A DNA stretch of 29,237 nucleotides, taken from a bacterium (GTDB lineage Bacteria > Patescibacteriota > Minisyncoccia > Phycocordibacterales > UBA5272). The stretch lies in contig JAYTMX010000014.1 of the NCBI GenBank assembly GCA_043728155.1, forward strand, positions 1 to 29,237, given 5' to 3'. Under the pieces are notes generated by a model. That model worked only from the letters and a program-made list of their open reading frames with translations. It was not told where the DNA came from and did no database searches. Made by a program: the position numbers and the translations under genes. Shown here in pieces: positions 18,395 through 26,900 of this stretch. Position 1 is the stretch's first letter, and every line of letters starts with the position of its first letter.

Positions 18395-19739
18395 TGAAGG
18401 GGGAATAAGCAGAATTCCAATCGTAAGAACTAGTGTAACTAGGTCAGTTAATTCTGTATCTGTGCGTGATCATAAAAATATTCTAAATAGAAAAGTAGAA
18501 GCCTTTGAAGAGTCTAATTACGAAGAAGAAAATGAAGAAGAACAAAGTATTGAAAGTTTCTATAACAGAAATTCAGCTAGAAATATCAGAAATAAAGTTC
18601 TTAATAAAAAGCCTAGAAAGAAATTTTCTTCAACTTTTAAAATTATTAGTGCTGTACTCACATCACTGCTTATATTATTCTTATTAACCAGTTATGTATT
18701 TAACAATGCTACTATTGAGATAGTGCCAAAAATATTTAATATAAAACCTAGCACTAACCTTGATTTTTACAACAGTTCGTCTACAGAAGATTATCAAATA
18801 GTAGAGATAAAAAAAGAAGCCACAAAGCAAATCGAAAAATCAGAAGTAAAAAAGACTAATACAAAAGCTTATGGTAGTATAACCATCTATAATAATTTTA
18901 ATGAGAATAATCAAAAATTAGTTAAGAATACTCGTTTTGAATCAACTAATGGTAAGATTTTTAGAATATCTGACTCAATAGTTGTTCCAGGTAAAACACA
19001 AACTGGTCCAGGATCTATTACTGTAAAAGTTACAGCAGATAGTTTTGGTTCTAATTATAATATAGCGCCGTCAAAATTTAAGATACCAGGATTCAAAGGC
19101 TCGGCAAGGTATGATACTTTTTATGCTGAGTCTAAAATTAACATGATTGGTGGCTCGGCTGGTGAGTCTAGTAATTATTCTGTTACTGATATAGATAGTA
19201 CGGATATGATATTACGTTCTGAGATAAGAGAGTTAATTAAAAAAGATATACCATCAGTATACAAAAAAGATTATTCGATAATATATGAACCTTCTCTTAT
19301 CCAGTATTCTAATAATAAAGATGGGTTACTTTCTGGTACTAGTGACAAGTATACTGTATTTGCAAATGCCAGAGTAATTTTAATAAAAGATGAATCTATA
19401 GCAAAGAGTCTTAGTAAAAAGTATGTAACAGGGTATGATAAAGAGAGTGTTATGGTATCAGACTTTAGTAAATTAAAAATGACTATAAGTTCTAGTACAG
19501 AAGACATAAAAGATAAGATTAATGTTAACTTTTCAGGTGATGCCGAAGTCATTATGAAAATAGACGAAACAAAGTTAAAAGAAAATCTTATAAATAAACA
19601 AAATACAAAAGAAGAATTTGTAGCTGCATTATCTAAATTCACCGAGATAAAGCAAGCGGTACCTAAAATATTTCCACCCTGGGTTAAGACATTCCCAAAG
19701 AATCCAAACAAGATAGAGATAATTACCAAGAAAGAATAA
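18354..19739 (+). CDS. CPR-type membrane protein with baseplate J-like domain
   Basis: 461 aa; basic/acidic N-terminus, single TM, GSITIYN...TRF...VPG...YNI...FKIPG pattern typical of Patescibacteria 'baseplate J/gp47' proteins (recognition only). Confidence 0.65.
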   Translation: MNDIKKSSRNLKYNEGGISRIPIVRTSVTRSVNSVSVRDHKNILNRKVEAFEESNYEEENEEEQSIESFYNRNSARNIRNKVLNKKPRKKFSSTFKIISAVLTSLLILFLLTSYVFNNATIEIVPKIFNIKPSTNLDFYNSSSTEDYQIVEIKKEATKQIEKSEVKKTNTKAYGSITIYNNFNENNQKLVKNTRFESTNGKIFRISDSIVVPGKTQTGPGSITVKVTADSFGSNYNIAPSKFKIPGFKGSARYDTFYAESKINMIGGSAGESSNYSVTDIDSTDMILRSEIRELIKKDIPSVYKKDYSIIYEPSLIQYSNNKDGLLSGTSDKYTVFANARVILIKDESIAKSLSKKYVTGYDKESVMVSDFSKLKMTISSSTEDIKDKINVNFSGDAEVIMKIDETKLKENLINKQNTKEEFVAALSKFTEIKQAVPKIFPPWVKTFPKNPNKIEIITKKE

Positions 19740-19857
19740 AGCAATAAAAAGTAATAGATTTGTGTTTTTGTAAAGTTTATAGTAAAATAGAATAAATATG
19801 TATAATAATAAAAGCGTTAATAGAGCTAATAATTCTAGAAACAAGAAACTGAACAAT

Positions 19858-20097
19858 ATGGCTTCTAAAAAAGAAGTTACAGAAGACGATGAAGATGAGT
19901 ACTCAGTAAAAGTAGAAGGCAGGGTAGTGGACGCACTCCCTAATGCTCACTTTAGATGTGAGACAAAAGACGGAATACAAATAGCTTATCTTGGGGGTAA
20001 GATGCGTATACACAAGATAAGGATACTGGTAGGAGATAAAGTGACTTTGCAGTTAGATGAATACGGAGGTAAAGCTAGAATTATAAGAAGAGGCTAA
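19858..20097 (+). CDS. infA: Translation initiation factor IF-1
   Basis: EGRVVDALPNAHF, AYLGGKMRIHKIRILVGDKV. ATG 19858 preferred; 19798 is possible. Confidence 0.93.
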   Translation: MASKKEVTEDDEDEYSVKVEGRVVDALPNAHFRCETKDGIQIAYLGGKMRIHKIRILVGDKVTLQLDEYGGKARIIRRG

Positions 20098-20195
20098 TCA
20101 GTATAACTTTTTTAGTAAAACACCATATAAATATATGTCAATATTAAATAAACTTTAGTATTGACATATATTTGTATTTGTGATAAGATATAAAG

Positions 20196-20489
20196 ATGCA
20201 AAAAATATTAAAGCAATTACTTGATTTGTTTGAAGAAATGAATATGACAAAAGAAGAAGTATCTGCTTTTTCTAAAGGTATTTCTAATTTACCTATTGAA
20301 AATCAGGTTGAGCTTTTTAGAATATTTAATTATGACAAGAACCTAATATATCCAACCTTTGTACATTATATGGCTAAAAAAAGAGCTAAAGACACTGGTA
20401 TGGGTTGGGAAGATGCAGTCGAGGCTGAGATAAAGTTTTTAGATAATCATATCGAAGGTAAGATAGTGGGTAATGAAGTGAGGGCGTAA
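20196..20489 (+). CDS. Hypothetical helical protein
   Basis: 97-aa ORF; TTGACA (20161)-17-TAAGAT promoter 6 nt before ATG. Confidence 0.75.
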   Translation: MQKILKQLLDLFEEMNMTKEEVSAFSKGISNLPIENQVELFRIFNYDKNLIYPTFVHYMAKKRAKDTGMGWEDAVEAEIKFLDNHIEGKIVGNEVRA

Positions 20490-20560
20490 AATAAATTTGA
20501 TATTAAAATAAATAAATTCAAAATAAAAATCTCAGTAAAAGTACTGAGATTTTTATTTAC

Positions 20561-20592
20561 TTGACACACTAGGGGGGGGGATGTGCTATACT
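20561..20592 (+). promoter_or_regulatory. Promoter with G9 tract in the spacer
   Basis: TTGACA 20561-20566, 20-nt spacer containing G9 (20572-20580), TGcTATACT (hexamer 20587-20592). Confidence 0.7.
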
Positions 20593-20650
20593 TTCAACAT
20601 AAATAAGTTTTTAGATTCTACCTGAATTGACTTATTGCGAGGAGGTAGAA

Positions 20651-20929
20651 ATGATATACGGAGACCCAGACCACAATGGTAGCGGTGATAATAGTAGCAA
20701 GTCCGGAAAAGGATTTTGGTCAACTTTGTTTGGAAGCAGAGGAGAAGATTCTGACGTTAAAGTTCAATCTAAAAACTCTGATGTTTCCGTGACACGTGGT
20801 CATAAATATGAACACACCGGAGATGGGCAACATACCCACAGTAGCTATTCTCTAGATAAAACAACTGGATCTTATAAAGAGTATCATGGAGGAGAAAATA
20901 GTTCTGACAGAAGTTTCAATAAACGTTAA
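20651..20929 (+). CDS. Small hydrophilic Gly/Ser/His-rich protein
   Basis: SD AGGAGGT (20640-20646) before ATG 20651; 92 aa. Confidence 0.75.
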   Translation: MIYGDPDHNGSGDNSSKSGKGFWSTLFGSRGEDSDVKVQSKNSDVSVTRGHKYEHTGDGQHTHSSYSLDKTTGSYKEYHGGENSSDRSFNKR

Positions 20930-20988
20930 ATAATTTATTGAGCTTAAGGCTGGTTGCAAAACCAGCCTTTTAATTTTATAATATAAAT

Positions 20989-21285
20989 ATGGAAATAAAA
21001 ATAAAAGAAAATTTGTATGATTTATTACTTAATTTGTATTCATTTAAGAATCTACTAAATACAGATGATGAGAAAATTATATATGAGTATTCAAAATACT
21101 TGAAACGAGAGATTAATAAAATAACTAACTTAGACAAAGAAAAAAGTTATGAAATTCTGCTCGAGCTTGATTCCGAATTTAGTTTTTTTAATCTTGATAA
21201 TTCAGGAAATTTAAAGTTTGCTCTAGACAGAATAATATTTTTTCTATCTAAAGAGTTAAATATTCAATTAAGTGTAGAAAAGTAA
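20989..21285 (+). CDS. Hypothetical protein
   Basis: 98-aa ORF; TATAAT 6 nt before ATG. Confidence 0.6.
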   Translation: MEIKIKENLYDLLLNLYSFKNLLNTDDEKIIYEYSKYLKREINKITNLDKEKSYEILLELDSEFSFFNLDNSGNLKFALDRIIFFLSKELNIQLSVEK

Positions 21286-21436
21286 TTTATATTTTTACTA
21301 AAAAATATAAATATAGAAAATAAAAAACAAAATAAAAAACTGAGTACCAAGTACTCAGTTTTTTATTTTGTGCTATAATACATACAAGAAGATAAATAAA
21401 ATCTAATAAAAATAAGAATAAAGATAAATAATAAAT

Positions 21437-23467
21437 ATGGAAGAAAATAATAACAGCGTTTTGGATTTAGAAAAAACATACACTGGTTTTGTGAGCATTA
21501 CCAAAGATATAGATGCGTATGTTCGAGTGCCTGATTTAGATCATGACAGCGTCTTTGTAAAACACGACTATATTAATACTGCTATGCAGGGTGACAGAGT
21601 AGACGTAAAAATTATAGGAAAAGACGAAGATGGTATGTATGGCAAGATATTAAAAATAAATTCTAGAAGCAAAAAAGCTCACACTGGAATCCTAAGAGAA
21701 GATAAGACTGAGTCAGATATAAGCAAAAAGTACTTTTTAGAAAATAGTGATAAGAAAACTTATGTAAAGATTTTTATAGACATAGAAAGAGGAGTATTTG
21801 AAAAAGATATTAAAAATATAAAGACTGGATTGAAACAAGAAAAGCTAGAAGAGGTAATTGGTCATAAAGTCGCAGTGAATGTGAGGGAATTCCAAGACAG
21901 CATGAATGCAACAGGAGAATTAGTTCGTGATCTTGGTATTCCAGGTAAAAATAATACTGAGATGTTAGCCTACGCTATTGAGCGTGGATTTTCAGATGAG
22001 CACTTTGCAGAAAGTAAAAAGCAAGCAGAAGAAATAAGTAAACGCGGTATAACCGAAGAAGATAAAAAAGGAAGAAGAGATTTTCGTGATGTACTTACTT
22101 TTACTATTGATCCTGTAGACGCAAAAGATTTTGATGATGCTATTAGTTTTAAATATTTAGATAAAAAAAATATAATAGATGGCGTAGAAAAAGATGTGTA
22201 TGAGATAGGAATACACATAGCTGACGTATCTCATTATGTAACGCCTAATACACCGTTAGATGCTGAAGCTGTAGAGCGCGAGACCAGTGTGTATTTGGTA
22301 GATAGATGTGTACCTATGCTACCAGAAGAACTATCTAATGATTTGTGTTCATTAGTTGAGGCAAAAGACAGATTAGTTATGTCAGCAGTATTCGAAGTAG
22401 ATGCTGAAGCGAATGTAATAAGTGAATGGTATGGAAGATGTGTTATCAATAGCGCCAAAAGATTCACCTATGAAAATGCACAAGAAAGTATGAACACTGA
22501 CGGTTTACACTCAAAAGAATTAAATATCTTAAATGCTTTAGCTAAGAAAATGTTCAAGGCAAGACTTGATGCTGGGGCGCTAGTTCTTGAAACTGAAGAA
22601 GTAAAGTTTAAGCTGGACGAGTCAGGTCACCCTATAGATGTATACGTAAAAACCAGAGGAGATACTCATAAATTAATCGAAGAGTACATGTTACTAGCTA
22701 ATAGAAAAGTAAGTGAATATATTACAAAATCTCAGACTATTAAAAAACCAATTTGTATATATCGTATTCACGATAAGCCGGACCCAGAAAAGATGCATGA
22801 TCTTAATCTCTTTATAAAAGGTATCGGCGAGTATGTGACTTTTATTGATGGTGCTATACCAACACAAGATCTTAATAATCTTTTAACTAAAATGGAGGGT
22901 AGGCAAGAAAAAGATTTACTTCAGTCTCATATCACAAGATCAATGGCAAAAGCAATATACAGCCTTGATAATCTTGGTCATTATGGACTCGCATTTGAAT
23001 ATTATTCACACTTTACTTCACCGATACGTAGATATCCTGACGTTTTAACCCACAGATTATTACAGAGGATACTGGATCATGATAATCCAAAAGAAGAAGA
23101 AGCGGTATTATTATCAGCGCTGTGTATCAAAGCAAGCGACAGAGAAAAGGATGCAGCTGATGCCGAGCGTGGCAGTATCAAGTATAAACAGGTAGAATAT
23201 ATGGGTGACAGAGTCGGGCAGACTTTTGAAGGCGTCGTATCAGGTATATCAAAATGGGGTATCTTTGTCGAGGAGAAGAAGAGTAAATGTGAGGGAATGA
23301 TACGCCTGCGTGACCTGGGTGACGACTTCTTTAACTATATAGAAAACGGTAATTATATAAAAGGTGAGAGAAGTGGCCAGACCTTTAAAATAGGGGATAG
23401 AGTAAAACTTAAAGTATTACAAGCCGACCTAGAATTAAAACAGATTGATTATAAGATAGTCAAGTAA
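21437..23467 (+). CDS. rnr: Ribonuclease R (RNB plus S1)
   Basis: TIDPVDAKDFDDAIS, SHFTSPIRRYPD, C-terminal S1 domain. Confidence 0.93.
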   Translation: MEENNNSVLDLEKTYTGFVSITKDIDAYVRVPDLDHDSVFVKHDYINTAMQGDRVDVKIIGKDEDGMYGKILKINSRSKKAHTGILREDKTESDISKKYFLENSDKKTYVKIFIDIERGVFEKDIKNIKTGLKQEKLEEVIGHKVAVNVREFQDSMNATGELVRDLGIPGKNNTEMLAYAIERGFSDEHFAESKKQAEEISKRGITEEDKKGRRDFRDVLTFTIDPVDAKDFDDAISFKYLDKKNIIDGVEKDVYEIGIHIADVSHYVTPNTPLDAEAVERETSVYLVDRCVPMLPEELSNDLCSLVEAKDRLVMSAVFEVDAEANVISEWYGRCVINSAKRFTYENAQESMNTDGLHSKELNILNALAKKMFKARLDAGALVLETEEVKFKLDESGHPIDVYVKTRGDTHKLIEEYMLLANRKVSEYITKSQTIKKPICIYRIHDKPDPEKMHDLNLFIKGIGEYVTFIDGAIPTQDLNNLLTKMEGRQEKDLLQSHITRSMAKAIYSLDNLGHYGLAFEYYSHFTSPIRRYPDVLTHRLLQRILDHDNPKEEEAVLLSALCIKASDREKDAADAERGSIKYKQVEYMGDRVGQTFEGVVSGISKWGIFVEEKKSKCEGMIRLRDLGDDFFNYIENGNYIKGERSGQTFKIGDRVKLKVLQADLELKQIDYKIVK

Positions 23468-23500
23468 AATAGTGTTTATTTACGAGACTATTTTATGCTA

Positions 23501-23529
23501 TTGACAAAAATGTAAAAAGAGTATATACT
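23501..23529 (+). promoter_or_regulatory. Promoter of DGR target gene
   Basis: TTGACA 23501-23506, 17 nt, TATACT 23524-23529. Confidence 0.7.
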
Positions 23530-23588
23530 AATTAAGTTAGTTCAAGCGCACATTCGTACGCACTAACGCTCTTTAAAGGAAACACGTC

Positions 23589-24194
23589 ATGAATGACAAG
23601 TTTACAATGACAACAGGACAGGCCCATGAGTTCGCTATGGCTTGTAGTAGAAATGGAGTTAGCGCTGCTAATATCAAGTTTCTCTCAAAAGGGGAAAATA
23701 TTAAAAAAGCCCTAGCTTTTCTTGGAAGAAAAAGTGAGGTCGCTGATTTTACAACCGCCACCTACTGGCAAATTGATACCTATCGCAAGCTCTGGGTTTC
23801 GTCAGAGTTCACGCAGCGGATTACTACTGCGTACCCAGACCCAATTCTACATCGTGGTCTTGAAGGAGTAACCCACTTTCCATCCAAATCTAGCGATAAC
23901 AAAAACATTGCTGAGATGGGTGGTATGGAGGAAGTGCGCAAGCACGCCTTCACTCCAGATCAGATCGCTAATTTGCGTGACAAGCAAATGAGTGGCGAAG
24001 AGGGTCAACTCCTCACTAACGGTTACTGGAATTTGTTCTACGTAATCGGAAAGGGTGGGGTACTTTTTGTGGTCGGCTTGTACTGGGATCGTGACAACGG
24101 CGAGTGGGACACGCACGCGTGGCCTTTGGACGAGCATGGCGACTGGCGCTCTGACCGTCGTGTCTTTCGCAATACTTTGGTTTTGGAGACTTAA
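23589..24194 (+). CDS. DGR target (variable) protein with C-terminal VR
   Basis: 201 aa; 113 nt near the 3' end match the TR; SD AAAGGA; no signal peptide seen. Confidence 0.93.
   Translation: MNDKFTMTTGQAHEFAMACSRNGVSAANIKFLSKGENIKKALAFLGRKSEVADFTTATYWQIDTYRKLWVSSEFTQRITTAYPDPILHRGLEGVTHFPSKSSDNKNIAEMGGMEEVRKHAFTPDQIANLRDKQMSGEEGQLLTNGYWNLFYVIGKGGVLFVVGLYWDRDNGEWDTHAWPLDEHGDWRSDRRVFRNTLVLET
24060..24172 (+). repeat. DGR variable repeat (VR)
   Basis: 100/113 identical to the TR; all 13 mismatches are at TR adenines. Confidence 0.97.
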
Positions 24195-24520
24195 CCCTTC
24201 TGAACCAAATCCTTAGGACTCTAACCTTGGTACTTTGTACTTGGTTCGGGTCCTTTTTTAATATATAATATTATTGATTTCGTAATAAAGTGCGATCAAG
24301 GTTTCACTTTCGAAATCAAGAAGAGTACGAGTCAGTATAATTATGAATACGTTTGTAATTAGAGTGCAAATATTCTTCTTTATATAAAAAATATAAAAAT
24401 TGGTGCCATGCCTTGGTAGATTAGATTGGTAGTTTACTGCCAACAAGATCTCAAATAATATTCAATCCAGATTAGAGTAATCTTAAATGGATGGTGGTAC
24501 AGATGAGATGTGGCACAAAA

Positions 24521-24633
24521 GTACTTTTTGTGGTCAGCTTGAACTGGAATCATGACAACGGCAAGTGGAACACGAACGCGTGGCCTTTGGACGAGAATGA
24601 CGACTGGAACTCTGACAATCGTGTCTTTCGCAA
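24521..24633 (+). ncRNA. DGR template repeat (TR)
   Basis: AAY-rich copy of the VR (30 adenines): GTC AGC TTG AAC TGG AAT CAT GAC AAC GGC AAG TGG AAC ACG AAC GCG TGG... Confidence 0.97.
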
Positions 24634-24637
24634 CTTT

Positions 24638-25056
24638 TTAATTTCTCTCCAGATTTTTATCTGGAGAGTTTTGTTTCTCAACCTGACCCAGCCAACCACC
24701 CAACATCTTACCTATTTCATCCAATGGTACACTAAGTTTTTCATATTTATTATTATCTATTGATTTACTTTCCCACAGTACCATGAGCAATATCTTAAGT
24801 GTATCTAATTTCCTTATCGCAGTTTTTAAATAAATGACCTTGTCTAACTTTTGCACAAAAGAAGCGCTAGCGCACATTTCAATCAACTCTACAAATAAAT
24901 TATCTATTTTTAAAGCAAGAGTATACCTGTGTGTTCTCGGCACAACTCCGTATATGCCATACCAAAAAGTATAAACATTTTTAATTTTAATTAAAATAGG
25001 TACGAGTTTCCCTTGCAAAATTCCTGGGGGGGGGGGGTAATATTATGTGTATGCAT
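24638..25056 (-). CDS. avd: DGR accessory variability determinant (four-helix bundle), out of frame with ATG 25056 at a C12 run
   Basis: HRYTL and DEIGKMLGGW motifs. The ORF from TTG 25018 is open. ATG 25056 joins it (MHTHNITPPP(P)GILQGKL...) only with 10 or 13 C. Confidence 0.85.
24645..24668. other. Perfect 10-bp hairpin 3' of TR
   Basis: CTCTCCAGAT-TTTT-ATCTGGAGAG; lies inside the last codons of antisense avd. Confidence 0.8.
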
Positions 25057-26052
25057 AGTTTTTCTAAAAATTATTTTTGTTTATCTTACAATAATATCAT
25101 ATCCACAGAAAATCTTTTAGAAGCCTGGAATATATTTAAAAAAGGTAAGAAAAATAAATTAGATATAATAGAATTTGAATTTAACTTAATGAATAATATT
25201 TTAGATTTACACAATAGTCTTAAAAATAAAGATTACAAACATGGGAGTTATGAACATTTTAAAGTTAATGATCCAAAGCTGCGTGATATACACAAAGCGA
25301 GTGTAAGGGATAGATTATTACATCATGCTATCTATAATATATTGTAGCCACTTTACGATAAAAAGTTTATCGCTGATTCGTATAGCTGTAGAAATAACAA
25401 AGGCACATATAAAGCTATAAAAAGATTTAAAAAATTTACAAGATGTGTAAGTAATAATTATACTACTCAGTGTTACATATTAAAATGCGATATTAAAAAG
25501 TTTTTTGCGAGTGTTGATCATAATATATTAATTAAGATATTAGAAAAGAAAATAGGAGATAGAGATATTTTAGAGTTATTAATTAATATTATTTCTAGTT
25601 TCGGCCCTGGATTGCCGCTCGGTAATTTAACTTCGCAGTTACTAGTAAATATCTACATGAATGAATTTGATCAATATATAAAACATAACTTAAAAGTAAA
25701 ATACTATATCAGATACGCTGATGACTTTGTTTTTGTTTCAGATGGTAAAAACTACTTAGAGTTAGTGCGTCAAAAATGCGAAGCATTTTTGACGCTAAAC
25801 TTAAAACTAAGTTTACATCCAAAGAAATGCTTTATCAGAACTATATATTCTGGAATAGACTTTTTAGGGTGGGTGCATTTTCCAAATCATAGAGTGCTGA
25901 GAAATACAACAAAGAGGAGAATATTTAGAAGAGTGAGTGAAGAAAACCTAGCTAGTTATTTAGGGTTATTAAAACACGGTAATGCACACAACATAGGTGA
26001 AGAGATTTTAGAAAAGGTAACTTGTAAAAAGTGTGAGAATATGTTAATATAG
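25045..26052 (+). pseudogene. DGR reverse transcriptase with a single in-frame TAG (25345-25347)
   Basis: One frame throughout: RDRLLHHAI, *PLYDKKFIADSYSCR, KCDIKKFF, GLPLGNLTSQ, YIRYADDF, GIDFLG; 335 codons. Confidence 0.93.
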
Positions 26053-26060
26053 TAACACTT

Positions 26061-26357
26061 ATGTTAAAAATTAGATTACAAAGAATAGGAAGAAAAAACG
26101 ACCCACATTTTAGAATGGTTGTAACTCCGCACCACTTAAAACCAAAAACTACACAGTACACAGAAATATTAGGTACTTACAATGTAAAAGCCGGTATTTT
26201 TGAATGTAAAGGTGACCGTGTTAAGCATTGGATGTCAGTTGGCGCTCAGGTCAGTCCAACAGTACACAATTTATTAATTAATAAAGGTGTAATCGAAGGA
26301 AAGAAAATCAACGTATTACCAAGAAAGTCTCCAGTTAAGAAAGAAGAGAAAAAATAA
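26061..26357 (+). CDS. rpsP: 30S ribosomal protein S16
   Basis: MLKIRLQRIGRKNDPHFRMVV...EILGTYN...GAQVSPTV. Confidence 0.96.
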   Translation: MLKIRLQRIGRKNDPHFRMVVTPHHLKPKTTQYTEILGTYNVKAGIFECKGDRVKHWMSVGAQVSPTVHNLLINKGVIEGKKINVLPRKSPVKKEEKK

Positions 26358-26496
26358 TCTAAATATAAAATACTAATTACTATAAATAATTAGTATTTTA
26401 TTTATGGTTAAAGTGTGTAAAAAGTATTTGTAATAAATTAAACATGATATAATTAGATTATTAGAAAAATAAATAAGTAAGAACAAAAAAGAATAT

Positions 26497-26793
26497 ATGA
26501 ACAAAGATCAAGAATTTATAGAATACGTTGTTAAATCAATAGTAGATGATGTGGATGCAGTTAAGGTAGAGAGAAAAGTGGATGAGATGGGAGTTTTAAT
26601 TACTTTAGAAGTGTCACCAGCTGACATGCCAAAAGTAATAGGTAAGATGGGTAATAATGCAAAAGCGATACGCACACTGTTACGTGTTGTAGGCATGAAG
26701 AATAATGCTCGTGTTAACCTAAAAATTAACGAGCCAGGAGGAGTCGAGCGCGCCCCTAGCGAGGATATGACATACATGAATGATGTGCATTAA
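26497..26793 (+). CDS. khpA: KH-domain RNA-binding protein KhpA
   Basis: DMPKVIGKMGNNAKAIRTLL KH motif; usual position after rpsP. Confidence 0.9.
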   Translation: MNKDQEFIEYVVKSIVDDVDAVKVERKVDEMGVLITLEVSPADMPKVIGKMGNNAKAIRTLLRVVGMKNNARVNLKINEPGGVERAPSEDMTYMNDVH

Positions 26794-26900
26794 GCATCAA
26801 GAAAACAATATAAGATAATATTAAAATAAAACTCTGATTTCTCAGAGTTTTATTTTAAGTATTTGTTCTTGATATATATATATATGATATAATAACTTCT

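Larger units (their letters stand above)
23501..26052. mobile_element. Diversity-generating retroelement: target-VR / RNA-TR / avd (antisense) / RT
   Basis: 113-bp VR/TR pair with adenine-only mismatches, Avd-like ORF, and DGR-type RT, between rnr and rpsP. Confidence 0.96.

Noticed and set aside
18354-19739. Prophage suggested by the baseplate J-like gene
   Set aside because: No other phage genes nearby; it sits among housekeeping genes as is typical for this CPR family.
24056-24059. Extending VR/TR 4 nt upstream (TGGG vs AAAA)
   Set aside because: Compatible with A-mutagenesis but has no matching anchor base; boundary left at 24060/24521.
24491-24763. 90-aa ORF resembling the target C-terminus
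   Set aside because: It is the TR read in the VR frame; no SD, and it overlaps avd antisense.
25345-25347. TAG recoding (alternative genetic code)
   Set aside because: TAG terminates clear genes here (grpE, dnaK, 2144-4657), so it is a stop codon.
25045-26052. RT as group II intron or retron
   Set aside because: Only 335 codons with no maturase or endonuclease domain; the GNLTSQ motif, Avd and a TR/VR pair identify a DGR.
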